Assembly: GCA_023409735.1 (NCBI GenBank)
Contig: JAEYRB010000007.1
Location: 20,376 to 84,375 of the forward strand
Source of the DNA: Bacillota bacterium
Lineage (GTDB): Bacteria; Bacillota; Clostridia; Acetivibrionales; DTU013
Direction of reading: 5' to 3'
Length of the DNA stretch: 64,000 nt
The notes under the pieces were generated by a model. It searched no databases and was not told the origin of the DNA. It saw only the letters and a list, made by a program, of their open reading frames with translations. Both the position numbers and the translations under genes were made by a program. Within the stretch, counting starts at the first letter, position 1. Each line of letters begins with the position of its first letter. This document shows, one piece after another, positions 46,452-54,797 of this stretch.

Positions 46452-47396
46452 TTATTCTTGCTCGGGAATACCTGCAAGCTCTATTTTCCCATTATATTTT
46501 ACATATGCTAAAAAAACAGCTTCCTTTTCCGTGACCTCAAATGATATGTATTGCGGTTTAACTAATTCCTTCTTTTCTTCGCGCTTGCCGTCTTCTCCTA
46601 TAATTCCTGCCACTCTAATGGCTTTAAGGACCTTTGTTTCTGTGAAGCTCATATATTCTTCCATTGCAGACTCTTTCACAGATGAATTACCGTTTGGTGT
46701 ATCTCCCGAGGGTGCCCGCCTAGACTCCAATCCTCCCGATGATTCAGAGTTAGCTGTAGTTTTTCCCGTAGATACCAATCCGACTTCAGCTATTTCAGAA
46801 GATATGGGATTTACTCCTTCCTCTCCTTTATATTGTGACAGATCTGCCGGATTGGCTGCTGCATCTCCTGCATATATTGGGCTAGCTGCTTTTCCTACAT
46901 CAGATGCCGGAATTTCTTCCGCTGCTCTGTTATTTGCATCCAATGTATATATACACCCCTGTTGCTCGCTACTATTTGGAATGCAGATCAGGTCAACAAG
47001 CTGTCCTTCTTCCAGCTGCCAGCCATTAGTCTGATCAGTTTCAAATCTTATCGAAAACAGTCTGTTACTTTTATCCGCTACTTCAATAACGTCACTTTCC
47101 CCGTTTTGAAGCTTAGCCTTCAGCATCATCTCACCAGCTTCAATTTTCATGGCGGACACTTTTGCCTCTGCCTCTTCAATGCTTCTGACAGTTCCCTGCG
47201 TCACCAGGTCTGAGGCAATTTCTCTAATCTCCAGCATATCCCTTGTTATCATATTGCCCTCATCGATACTTACTTTGGCAAATACAACTTCCTCCCTGGT
47301 TTCATAGTTGGCAGCTTTACTAATAATCATGAGCTCAATTACTAAAACAATCACAGTAATAGTAGCAGTTCCGATAATCCAACCAAGCCTTTTCAT
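46452..47396 (-). CDS. CpaB/RcpC-like Flp pilus assembly protein (SAF domain) with a long low-complexity insertion
   Basis: An N-terminal TM anchor, then a SAF-type segment (VVFAKVSIDEGNMITRDMLEIREI...GTVRSIEEAEAKVSAMKIEAGEMMLKAKL). A central A/S/G/E/P-rich stretch of about 95 aa follows. Confidence 0.65.
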   Translation of the reverse strand: MKRLGWIIGTATITVIVLVIELMIISKAANYETREEVVFAKVSIDEGNMITRDMLEIREIASDLVTQGTVRSIEEAEAKVSAMKIEAGEMMLKAKLQNGESDVIEVADKSNRLFSIRFETDQTNGWQLEEGQLVDLICIPNSSEQQGCIYTLDANNRAAEEIPASDVGKAASPIYAGDAAANPADLSQYKGEEGVNPISSEIAEVGLVSTGKTTANSESSGGLESRRAPSGDTPNGNSSVKESAMEEYMSFTETKVLKAIRVAGIIGEDGKREEKKELVKPQYISFEVTEKEAVFLAYVKYNGKIELAGIPEQE

Positions 47397-47426
47397 ATCA
47401 TTTCACCAGCATCTCGTAATATAATT

Positions 47427-47954
47427 TTAGTTGTTTAGAGGTATTTCCGAGTCAACGTGCACTTTAACAATAATAGTATCCCGGCCCAGCAGCTTCAAAA
47501 CCACACCCGAGTATAGAGAAGGTTTAATAGGTATACAAATACAGCTATGCACAGACGGTCTTTCTATCAAGGTTTCATCCGGACACCTTGCAGGCAGATC
47601 CTTGCAGTAGATCTCAAGTGAATTGATTATTACCTGTCCTTCGGCGATAGAACCGTCTTTCGGCTTCAACTCCTCATCCAGTCTGAGATTATCTGAAAGC
47701 AGCTCCCTGAATAAACCAAGCATCTCCTCCCGATTGAAGCTTACTGCAACTCTTCCTAAGTTTTCTGCATTTAAAGCATTGTACACAGAAATATTAGCCA
47801 TATCCGCCGCATCCCTGATGATTTTAGCTTTTCCTGTCAATATAAACTTCTCAATCACTACGGAAAACACAGGTAGAATAACAAGCAGAACCATTGCTGC
47901 AGCTATCACTACTGCCGTGACAGCACTGCCCTTTTCGCTGCGGACATGCATCAA
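47427..47954 (-). CDS. TadE/TadG-like pseudopilin
   Basis: The N-terminus RSEKGSAVTAVVIAAAMVLLVILPVFSVV resembles the TadE signature (ERGSA.VEFAL.LPVLL). 4-nt overlap with the upstream gene. Confidence 0.55.
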   Translation of the reverse strand: MMHVRSEKGSAVTAVVIAAAMVLLVILPVFSVVIEKFILTGKAKIIRDAADMANISVYNALNAENLGRVAVSFNREEMLGLFRELLSDNLRLDEELKPKDGSIAEGQVIINSLEIYCKDLPARCPDETLIERPSVHSCICIPIKPSLYSGVVLKLLGRDTIIVKVHVDSEIPLNN

Positions 47955-48328
47955 TTAACCACCCTTCTTGATATAGCTGTCTTATCATATACCATGCGAA
48001 ATGAGGTATCTTCTCTCTTCATTGGGGAAACAAGCTTGCTGTATGTATAGACTGCCTCAACCCTAAGTGTCAGTTTTCCACCCTGAATAGCATTTTCAGT
48101 AGCAGTAACATTTATATCCGTCAATCCCAATTCCTTAAGCTTGTCACAAAGCTCCTCAGCCCTGTCTTCACTTAGTCCTCCCGCGTTTTCCATCTCAAGC
48201 ATTACTTCTCTGCAGGCCATGTCAAGATCAGCTTTTATTGAAAGAGGCAAAAAGAACTCGATGCAAAAGACAAGAATTGACACCATAAAAATCAGTGCTA
48301 TTGCGAAAACAGCAATCTTAGCCGCCAT
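47951..48328 (-). CDS. DUF4320-like small membrane-anchored Tad-locus protein
   Basis: An N-terminal TM helix followed by SIKADLDMACREVMLEMENAGGLS. The architecture and position are typical of the DUF4320 proteins of Firmicute Tad loci (from memory). Confidence 0.5.
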   Translation of the reverse strand: MAAKIAVFAIALIFMVSILVFCIEFFLPLSIKADLDMACREVMLEMENAGGLSEDRAEELCDKLKELGLTDINVTATENAIQGGKLTLRVEAVYTYSKLVSPMKREDTSFRMVYDKTAISRRVVN

Positions 48329-48339
48329 AGCTTATTCCT

Positions 48340-48645
48340 CTAGCTCACGCCTGTTTTGAAGAGACTATTTTTCACGGTAGTTGTCCACCAAGAAGACAGC
48401 CCTTCCATAATGGTCTTTGAGAAACTACTCAACTGCGGTATAACAATAAAGGCTGCAATAATAAGTGTAGCTGCAATACCTAAAATTTCATTCATACCAA
48501 ACCCATCCTGCCGGGATAACCTCACTTTTAACCTTGAACAGCACTGCTTAATATGGATTGATGCCTCACCTTTAAGCGAATAATAATGTCCTGCCTTTAG
48601 ATTTACAAAATTGATCAGCCTGTTTTTCACTCTAATCCCTCCCAT
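48340..48645 (-). CDS. Flp-type (type IVb/c) pilin candidate; true start uncertain
   Basis: ...RQDG/FGMNEILGIAATLIIAAFIVIP fits the Flp G/XXXXE(Y/I) processing motif followed by a hydrophobic helix. The mature part would be about 50 aa. The ORF has an unusually long 48-aa leader if translated from ATG 48645. In-frame GTG alternatives exist: codon 6, preceded by GGGAGGG, and the GTG of ...KVRLSRQDG. Confidence 0.55.
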   Translation of the reverse strand: MGGIRVKNRLINFVNLKAGHYYSLKGEASIHIKQCCSRLKVRLSRQDGFGMNEILGIAATLIIAAFIVIPQLSSFSKTIMEGLSSWWTTTVKNSLFKTGVS

Positions 48646-48648
48646 TTA

Positions 48649-49554
48649 TTAATTTATAAAAATCTTACCAATAGCCTCGCTCACATCGTTTATCATCGGT
48701 ACTATTATCATCACCGAGATAACAGCCACAAATACCGCAACCGCCGCCACACTTCTGTTCCTGCAGCTATCTGTTTCAGCCTGTACATAGTTAAAATACT
48801 TTTTAAACATCATATCCTCCTGCCGTGCTAATAGCTCCTTATTGTCACCTGTTTCGATGCCCTGCTTAAGAGCAAGGCAAAGCGTATCCGCCTCATGGGC
48901 GTCAAAGTTGGACCTGAATTCCTCTAAGGCCGAGTCTATATCAAGTGTAAGCTCGTATCTGGCAGCAAGCCTTATAAGTATAGCCTTCAGCTCGTAATCT
49001 TCAACCACCTCATATACCGAGCAGACCGCATCTGTAGGCTTAACGCCGGAGGAGATCTGGTTATATAAATATTTATATATTTTGTATATGTGTTTCTGAA
49101 ATCTCATATTGAAGCTGCGCCTTTTTGAGGCCAATAACAATTCCATTGATGAATTTATAAGCATCGCTGACGCCACAGGCCTGATAACATCAGGATAATT
49201 AATTATGAATGTAAGAATAAAAACGATCGGTGTAGCAGCAAACCTTACCCCAAGGTATACTAGTGCTGCATATTCACCTTTATAGCCTGCCTTCTTCACC
49301 CTACTTCTTGCTCTTATATAGATGCTGCCCTTTTCAAAGCGTCTTCCCCAGGCTGACATACCGGCAGCCGCAAGTCTTCTGCACCTAAAATAAAGCGATA
49401 AGCCGGTGCTCCTTGAGCCAAGCGCCTCTGTAACTCTTCCTGATGACGGAATATACAGAAGCCTTATGATACATATCCCTAATATTATATCAGCCGCACA
49501 TATCACCACAAAAAGCACTGTGCTTTTATTAAAAATTATTAGCATAAATTCCAT
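48649..49554 (-). CDS. TadC-like type II secretion system F-family membrane protein
   Basis: Polytopic membrane protein with one T2SSF-like helical cytoplasmic domain (LDIDSALEEFRSNFDAHEADTLCLALKQGIETGDNKELL) and a C-terminal TM. Positioned after the TadB-like gene. Confidence 0.7.
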   Translation of the reverse strand: MEFMLIIFNKSTVLFVVICAADIILGICIIRLLYIPSSGRVTEALGSRSTGLSLYFRCRRLAAAGMSAWGRRFEKGSIYIRARSRVKKAGYKGEYAALVYLGVRFAATPIVFILTFIINYPDVIRPVASAMLINSSMELLLASKRRSFNMRFQKHIYKIYKYLYNQISSGVKPTDAVCSVYEVVEDYELKAILIRLAARYELTLDIDSALEEFRSNFDAHEADTLCLALKQGIETGDNKELLARQEDMMFKKYFNYVQAETDSCRNRSVAAVAVFVAVISVMIIVPMINDVSEAIGKIFIN

Positions 49555-49571
49555 AGCTCTACTTCCTGCTT

Positions 49572-50576
49572 TCAGTATTTAAATCTGGTAATACCAATTG
49601 TGAGATAGAAGCCTAAAGCATACATACCGCAAAATATCATAAGCAGCAGCTTTCCCACCAGGGTACCCATATAAAACGCCTCAATTTTAGGCGCAGACCT
49701 GATAAACAAATAAGCTACAATAATAACGCCAAACATTACAAGGTATATGGTCATCCTATCCTTATAGGTTGAAATTCTACGCCTGTTATACTCTTCATCA
49801 ATCTTATAAAACTGTTCCTCAAGATTTGTCAGGAGTTTAATTATATCGCCTCTGTTTTTGATACTCTGCTTTACATTTATTATGAAATCTCCAAACTGAG
49901 GGTTATCTACCTTAAGCTGCAGCATGTCCAGAGCATCTGAGGTATCCATACCTCTGTTAACTTGTACAACCATATCTCTGATAAATGTGTGCAGCGGTTC
50001 ACCAATACCGGAATCCAGCGATTTTTCAAATGCATATATTATGTCTTCCTTAACTGAGCACCACCTGTTCAGTACAGAAATGTATTCAGAAAGCATTTTT
50101 CTGACAACATCTGCATTATATCTTGAAAGCAGGTCAAGGACGAATATCGGTATCAAAGAAACCACAGCGCTTATTAGCATGGATGACGGAATAAAACCAA
50201 GAATGCTGTTAATCGGCTTAAAGGATATTATAAAGATAATAAACATTATTATAATAAGAACATGAGCATTCATAAATGGTACATAGTGCCTGATATTTGA
50301 CTTCTCTATATACATTATCTCTATCTTCTCCAAAAGCTTCAGCTTCTTAAGCTTGGACAAGCGGGAAATATCCATCATTTTCAGCTTTTTATCATTGGAG
50401 GTCCAGTATTTCCTGAGCCACGAAGACAGCTGCAGGATATCCTTTTTTATATCAAGTTTTCCGGTGATGGCTAATGCAAGTGCCACATTACAGATCACCA
50501 GCAATATGGAGTTAAGTATCAGCAGCACCGTTTTCACCCTTCCCTTCCGATCAACCTTACATTGATCTTTTCTCAT
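49572..50576 (-). CDS. TadB-like type II secretion system F-family membrane protein
   Basis: TM-rich, with a T2SSF-like domain (GEPLHTFIRDMVVQVNRGMDTSDALDML...DFIINVKQSIKNRGDI). Positioned after the CpaF gene. Confidence 0.7.
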   Translation of the reverse strand: MRKDQCKVDRKGRVKTVLLILNSILLVICNVALALAITGKLDIKKDILQLSSWLRKYWTSNDKKLKMMDISRLSKLKKLKLLEKIEIMYIEKSNIRHYVPFMNAHVLIIIMFIIFIISFKPINSILGFIPSSMLISAVVSLIPIFVLDLLSRYNADVVRKMLSEYISVLNRWCSVKEDIIYAFEKSLDSGIGEPLHTFIRDMVVQVNRGMDTSDALDMLQLKVDNPQFGDFIINVKQSIKNRGDIIKLLTNLEEQFYKIDEEYNRRRISTYKDRMTIYLVMFGVIIVAYLFIRSAPKIEAFYMGTLVGKLLLMIFCGMYALGFYLTIGITRFKY

Positions 50577-50609
50577 GTCTCTTGCGATTATTTAGTCTAA
50601 CTCACAACC

Positions 50610-51812
50610 TTATACTAAACTCATCTGATCTGCTTCAGAAAACAGTCTTGTATACTCAAACCTGTCTTCAGCACTGTTAAAACCGCTTACCTTCAGAACA
50701 TCCACAACTTTAAAATCCTTTAAATACAAAATATAGTTAATGCTTCTTCCCAATATAGTTTTTATAGTATTTTCACTTTCAGATATATTTGCTCCCTTGC
50801 TTAGGGTAAGAAGTCTCAAGAGTGCATCCTCAGCACTTTCAGAATGAGTCGTGGCGATACTTCTGTGACCCGAATAAGCTGCCTTAACAAATTCCCATGC
50901 CTCATCTCCTGTTATCTCTCCTACACAATAAGTATCTAGTGACATTGTTAGTCCATCTCTGACCAGGTCCTTTAATGTGACCGGCCTGCCGCCTTCATTT
51001 TGCTTCTTAAGCTTCTGCTCTATACAGTAGGGCTTGTCCGGGAATATCTCTGCATCTGACTCTGCTATGAGAACTCTCTCCATCTCAGGTAATACATTCA
51101 CAAATGCTCTGAGTAAGGTTGTCTTTCCGGCCGCTCCCTTTCCACAGAAAAGGATAGATGAATCGCTCTCAGCGAGCCTTTTTAGAAGAAGCACATGTTC
51201 GTCCTGCAGCATACCTAGCCTTTGCAGATCTTCAAGAGTATAACTATTTCTTCTATGTTTTCGTATACTGATTGCAGAGCCGGTAATATTCCTCGGTTTT
51301 ATTGAAACGTTTATTCTAAGCCTGTACTTTTCATCAGTTACCCTGCAGTGACTGTCGTTTTCATTTAGTATTCCGCCATTTCTTACGGCTACCAGCTTAC
51401 AGTAGGTATCGAAAATTTTTTCACTGCCGAAATTTACAGGTATCTTACTCCGTACTCCATGCCTCTTTATAACAAACTGATTAAATCTAGTTCCATCTAT
51501 GTCTGTAATATCATCCTCCTCAATATACCTTTGAAGCTCACCATAACCAAACATGAAGTCAAATACCTTGCGTATCAGTTCATCTCTATAAACGCCACAG
51601 TGATACTTGTGAATATCTATATCCTTTATCACTGCTATTTCTAATGCAGATTTATCACTTCGGCCTCCTGCTACATCTGCCACTAGCTCCGGCCATTCCT
51701 TAAGTATGTCCTTGGTTATGTCTGAAACCACTATATTAGTCTCCGCTTCAACCTTTTCAGCTGGGTTACCTTCCTCATAAAAAAGCGTATGATGGGATTT
51801 TACAACCGGCAT
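50610..51812 (-). CDS. CpaF/TadA family pilus assembly ATPase
   Basis: Walker A CGKGAAGKTT, Asp box, Walker B YCVGEITGDEA and His box SGHRSIATTHS. Three consecutive ATGs (51818, 51815, 51812) follow GAGGAGG; the third has the best spacing. Confidence 0.85.
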   Translation of the reverse strand: MPVVKSHHTLFYEEGNPAEKVEAETNIVVSDITKDILKEWPELVADVAGGRSDKSALEIAVIKDIDIHKYHCGVYRDELIRKVFDFMFGYGELQRYIEEDDITDIDGTRFNQFVIKRHGVRSKIPVNFGSEKIFDTYCKLVAVRNGGILNENDSHCRVTDEKYRLRINVSIKPRNITGSAISIRKHRRNSYTLEDLQRLGMLQDEHVLLLKRLAESDSSILFCGKGAAGKTTLLRAFVNVLPEMERVLIAESDAEIFPDKPYCIEQKLKKQNEGGRPVTLKDLVRDGLTMSLDTYCVGEITGDEAWEFVKAAYSGHRSIATTHSESAEDALLRLLTLSKGANISESENTIKTILGRSINYILYLKDFKVVDVLKVSGFNSAEDRFEYTRLFSEADQMSLV

Positions 51813-51825
51813 CATCATTCCTCCT

Positions 51826-53517
51826 CTACCTTGCAGCAAGCTGCCTGATCATCTTAAGGTGTCCACCTGTGCCCCTAAGTTTGTGCATCAAGCCGAGATC
51901 AGACAATATTCCGATGCCCTTGAGTACCCGATAATATTCGGCCAGCATTTCTTTTTCGATATGTAATACATAAGTATCCTTTTTGTTTCTGCATTCAGAA
52001 CGTTTACGACTAAATGATATTCTTCCTATAAAATTTCCCTGTGTCGCCTCTACAGCTTCACTGGCAGAAATGTCATTTTCCCTGTCGTATTCAAAGAAAA
52101 CGAATTTGGTCGCTGAAAGAGGCAGGTTTTGCTTCTCCTTCAAAAATGCTATATAAGAGTTAAATTCACGAAGCAACACTATATCACCCTTGATTGCTGC
52201 AATATTAATATCTGATCTAAGCAGTGCAGCAAGTGTAAAGGCATCGTATATAGATCTATTTACAAGAAGGATTGTTATATCAAATAGGCGGTAGCATTTA
52301 TCTATAAGCTTTGGGACACTATCTTCGGTATAATATTCGTAATTGTCCAAGCGATAGCTACCTGTCAATATATGCAGATTCTTTAGCTCCTTACGTGAAA
52401 CTGAAGATTGAAGCAGCAGCTCTTTAGTAAGAGAGGCTTTACCAATGGCGCTCATAACAATATCCAGTCCTGAATGACCAAGAATTTCAGTATGCATGTT
52501 TTTCGATGGATATTTTTTAACATTAAGGATAATGTCTGCCTTAGGTGCCAAAAGATCCAAGTCCGCCAGTAGCACCTCGCTATTTGTAAATTTTGCGATT
52601 AAATATGCAAGCTCGCACCCAAATTCAGCGTTATCCCAGATAGTTATCACTGCTTTTTTAACGCTCATTGCCCCTGTAAGTACAGGCGGATATTCTTTAT
52701 TTATATTGCTTTCTGAACTATCTCCATGCACATTAGCTGCCTCATAAAGAGGAGTTAATGCAGCAAGCAGCTCTGAAGCACTCTGGTAACGCTCCGATGG
52801 ATTTTCTTTTGTGCATTTGATTATTATTTGCTCAAATTCCGCTGAAAGCATTCTATCATAATATCCAACCGGCTTAAAACCATCCAACAATTCGGCAGGC
52901 TTCTTCCCTGTAACAAGATGATGCAGCGTAGCACCAAGGCTATATATGTCCGAAGCAGCACTTGTCTGTCCGGTGCCATATTGCTCCGGCGCCGCATAGC
53001 CACGTGTACCTATGTACACGGTGTCCGTATCTGATAAAGGTTTATATTCTCTCGCTATTCCAAAGTCGATAAGCTTAAGAGTGCCTCTTTCTGTAAGTAT
53101 TATATTTGAGGGCTTAATATCTCTGTAGATTATAGGATTTGGTTTAAGCGTATGAAGGTAATCCAGGGCTCTACACAACTGAACTGCCCAGTCGATAGCA
53201 AGCTCTTCCTCAATTTTACCCTCGGCTTCAAGTTTTTTATCCAAAGCTATCCCATTAATATAATCTGATATTATAAACATCTTGTCTTCAGTTTCCAGGA
53301 TATCGAACAATCTTGGAAGCGCAGGATGCTCCAGTCTTTTCAGCAGGGTGGGTTCTGCAAGAAGATCAACTCCACTTGCTCCGTCTTTATTTATCTCCTT
53401 AATAGCCCAATAGGTATCTGTATTAATATTTCTCGCAAGGTATACGGTACCCATTCCTCCACGGCCAAGTTCGCGCTCGATGATGTACCTGCCATCGAAA
53501 AAATCACCAATCTGCAT
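51826..53517 (-). CDS. Fusion protein: N-terminal Hanks-type Ser/Thr protein kinase plus C-terminal TadZ/CpaE-like (ParA/MinD-fold) domain with degenerate P-loop
   Basis: Kinase motifs: G-loop LGRGGMGTVY, AIKEI lysine, YRDIKPSNIIL catalytic loop, DFGIAR, GYAAPE. No TM segment. Residues ~285-563 follow the MinD/ParA strand-helix pattern (VITIW-DNAEFGCELAYLIA / VLLADLDLL / HILTGS / FDITILLVNRS / INIAAIKGD), but KGGxGK(T/S) is replaced by DNAEFGCE. Confidence 0.8.
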   Translation of the reverse strand: MQIGDFFDGRYIIERELGRGGMGTVYLARNINTDTYWAIKEINKDGASGVDLLAEPTLLKRLEHPALPRLFDILETEDKMFIISDYINGIALDKKLEAEGKIEEELAIDWAVQLCRALDYLHTLKPNPIIYRDIKPSNIILTERGTLKLIDFGIAREYKPLSDTDTVYIGTRGYAAPEQYGTGQTSAASDIYSLGATLHHLVTGKKPAELLDGFKPVGYYDRMLSAEFEQIIIKCTKENPSERYQSASELLAALTPLYEAANVHGDSSESNINKEYPPVLTGAMSVKKAVITIWDNAEFGCELAYLIAKFTNSEVLLADLDLLAPKADIILNVKKYPSKNMHTEILGHSGLDIVMSAIGKASLTKELLLQSSVSRKELKNLHILTGSYRLDNYEYYTEDSVPKLIDKCYRLFDITILLVNRSIYDAFTLAALLRSDINIAAIKGDIVLLREFNSYIAFLKEKQNLPLSATKFVFFEYDRENDISASEAVEATQGNFIGRISFSRKRSECRNKKDTYVLHIEKEMLAEYYRVLKGIGILSDLGLMHKLRGTGGHLKMIRQLAAR

Positions 53518-53736
53518 TCTCGCACCTCATTCAAAACAAAATACTAAATATTTGTATTATTTTTACCTTTTATGTCCCCCTCTGCGTTTTGTGTTTCCTA
53601 TTATATCATTTTATTCCATAATTTACCATACTTTTTTAAAAAATTTTCCCCTTCTTTTTTATTTGACTTTACTTATACAAATATTAGTGGAAAATCTCTT
53701 ATATAGTCACTTTTTCAATTAACCTCAGACATTTTT

Positions 53737-54624
53737 CTATTCCTGATTAAAATCAGGGATGTATTTTTCCGAGGCAGAGGTACGCCCTTGTACATATCCA
53801 TTTAATCCAAGCTTCACAAATTTTTTTTCTACCTTTTCATACTCATATCTTGTCAAATGCCTATCGAGAACAGTATGTCCACAAGCCTTGTAGCAAGGAG
53901 TAAACTGGCTCATAAGGCTTACATATATATCACCGGGCATATTCTTAGATAACCAGTTTAGTACACCCATAGTGTTATCAATATGCCCGGGAAGTACAAG
54001 ATGACGTATTATAACACCACTTTTCATTATACCGTCAGCGTCAAACTCAGGGCCACCGACTTGCCTGTACATTTCAGTTACAGCAGCTGAAGCTACATCA
54101 AAATAATCCTCAGCGCAGGAATAGCTCTTAGCAATATCAGACTTAATATATTTAAAGTCAGGAAGGTATATATCTATCATTCCCTCCAGCTTTCTAAGCT
54201 CATCTATGCTGTCATATCCGCCGGAATTATATACTATCGGAATATCCAGCGGATGAGAGCTGAAGCTGCTGCTTTTTGCCATCTCTAATGCACTTCGGAT
54301 CTGAGCTGTAAAATGTGATGGTGTAACAAGGTTTATATTATGTGCACCCTTGTCTCTCAAAGAAAGAAATATCCCTGCAAGCTCCTCCTGTGTATATTCT
54401 CTGCCGAGCCCTTCATGGCTGATCTCATGATTTTGACAAAATATGCATTTGAGATTGCAGCCGGAAAAGAATACAGTGCCTGAGCCTCTACTTCCGCTTA
54501 TGCACGGCTCCTCCCACATATGAAGATATGCTTTGGCAACAACAACCGCTTCACCCATGCCGCAGAAGCCTTTACTAAGTTTTCTAACTGCACCGCACAT
54601 TCTAGGGCAATTATTGCATCTCAT
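53737..54624 (-). CDS. Radical SAM protein (PflX-like putative activase)
   Basis: CNLKCIFCQN CxxxCxxC cluster motif and an N-terminal Cys-rich segment (CNNCPRMCG...C). Size and layout match the YjjW/PflX group. Confidence 0.8.
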   Translation of the reverse strand: MRCNNCPRMCGAVRKLSKGFCGMGEAVVVAKAYLHMWEEPCISGSRGSGTVFFSGCNLKCIFCQNHEISHEGLGREYTQEELAGIFLSLRDKGAHNINLVTPSHFTAQIRSALEMAKSSSFSSHPLDIPIVYNSGGYDSIDELRKLEGMIDIYLPDFKYIKSDIAKSYSCAEDYFDVASAAVTEMYRQVGGPEFDADGIMKSGVIIRHLVLPGHIDNTMGVLNWLSKNMPGDIYVSLMSQFTPCYKACGHTVLDRHLTRYEYEKVEKKFVKLGLNGYVQGRTSASEKYIPDFNQE

Positions 54625-54797
54625 TTTTTGCCTCCTTCGACAAATTTACAGTAACATATTTAATAATTGACATATCCTTTACAATAGATATAAATAAAAA
54701 TATAATAATGTTATTCAGTGGTCAAGTTATTATTTATGATAACGCAAGGCAGCTTAGGAAAAAACAATGCATTATCAATATCCTGGAGGCACAATTT

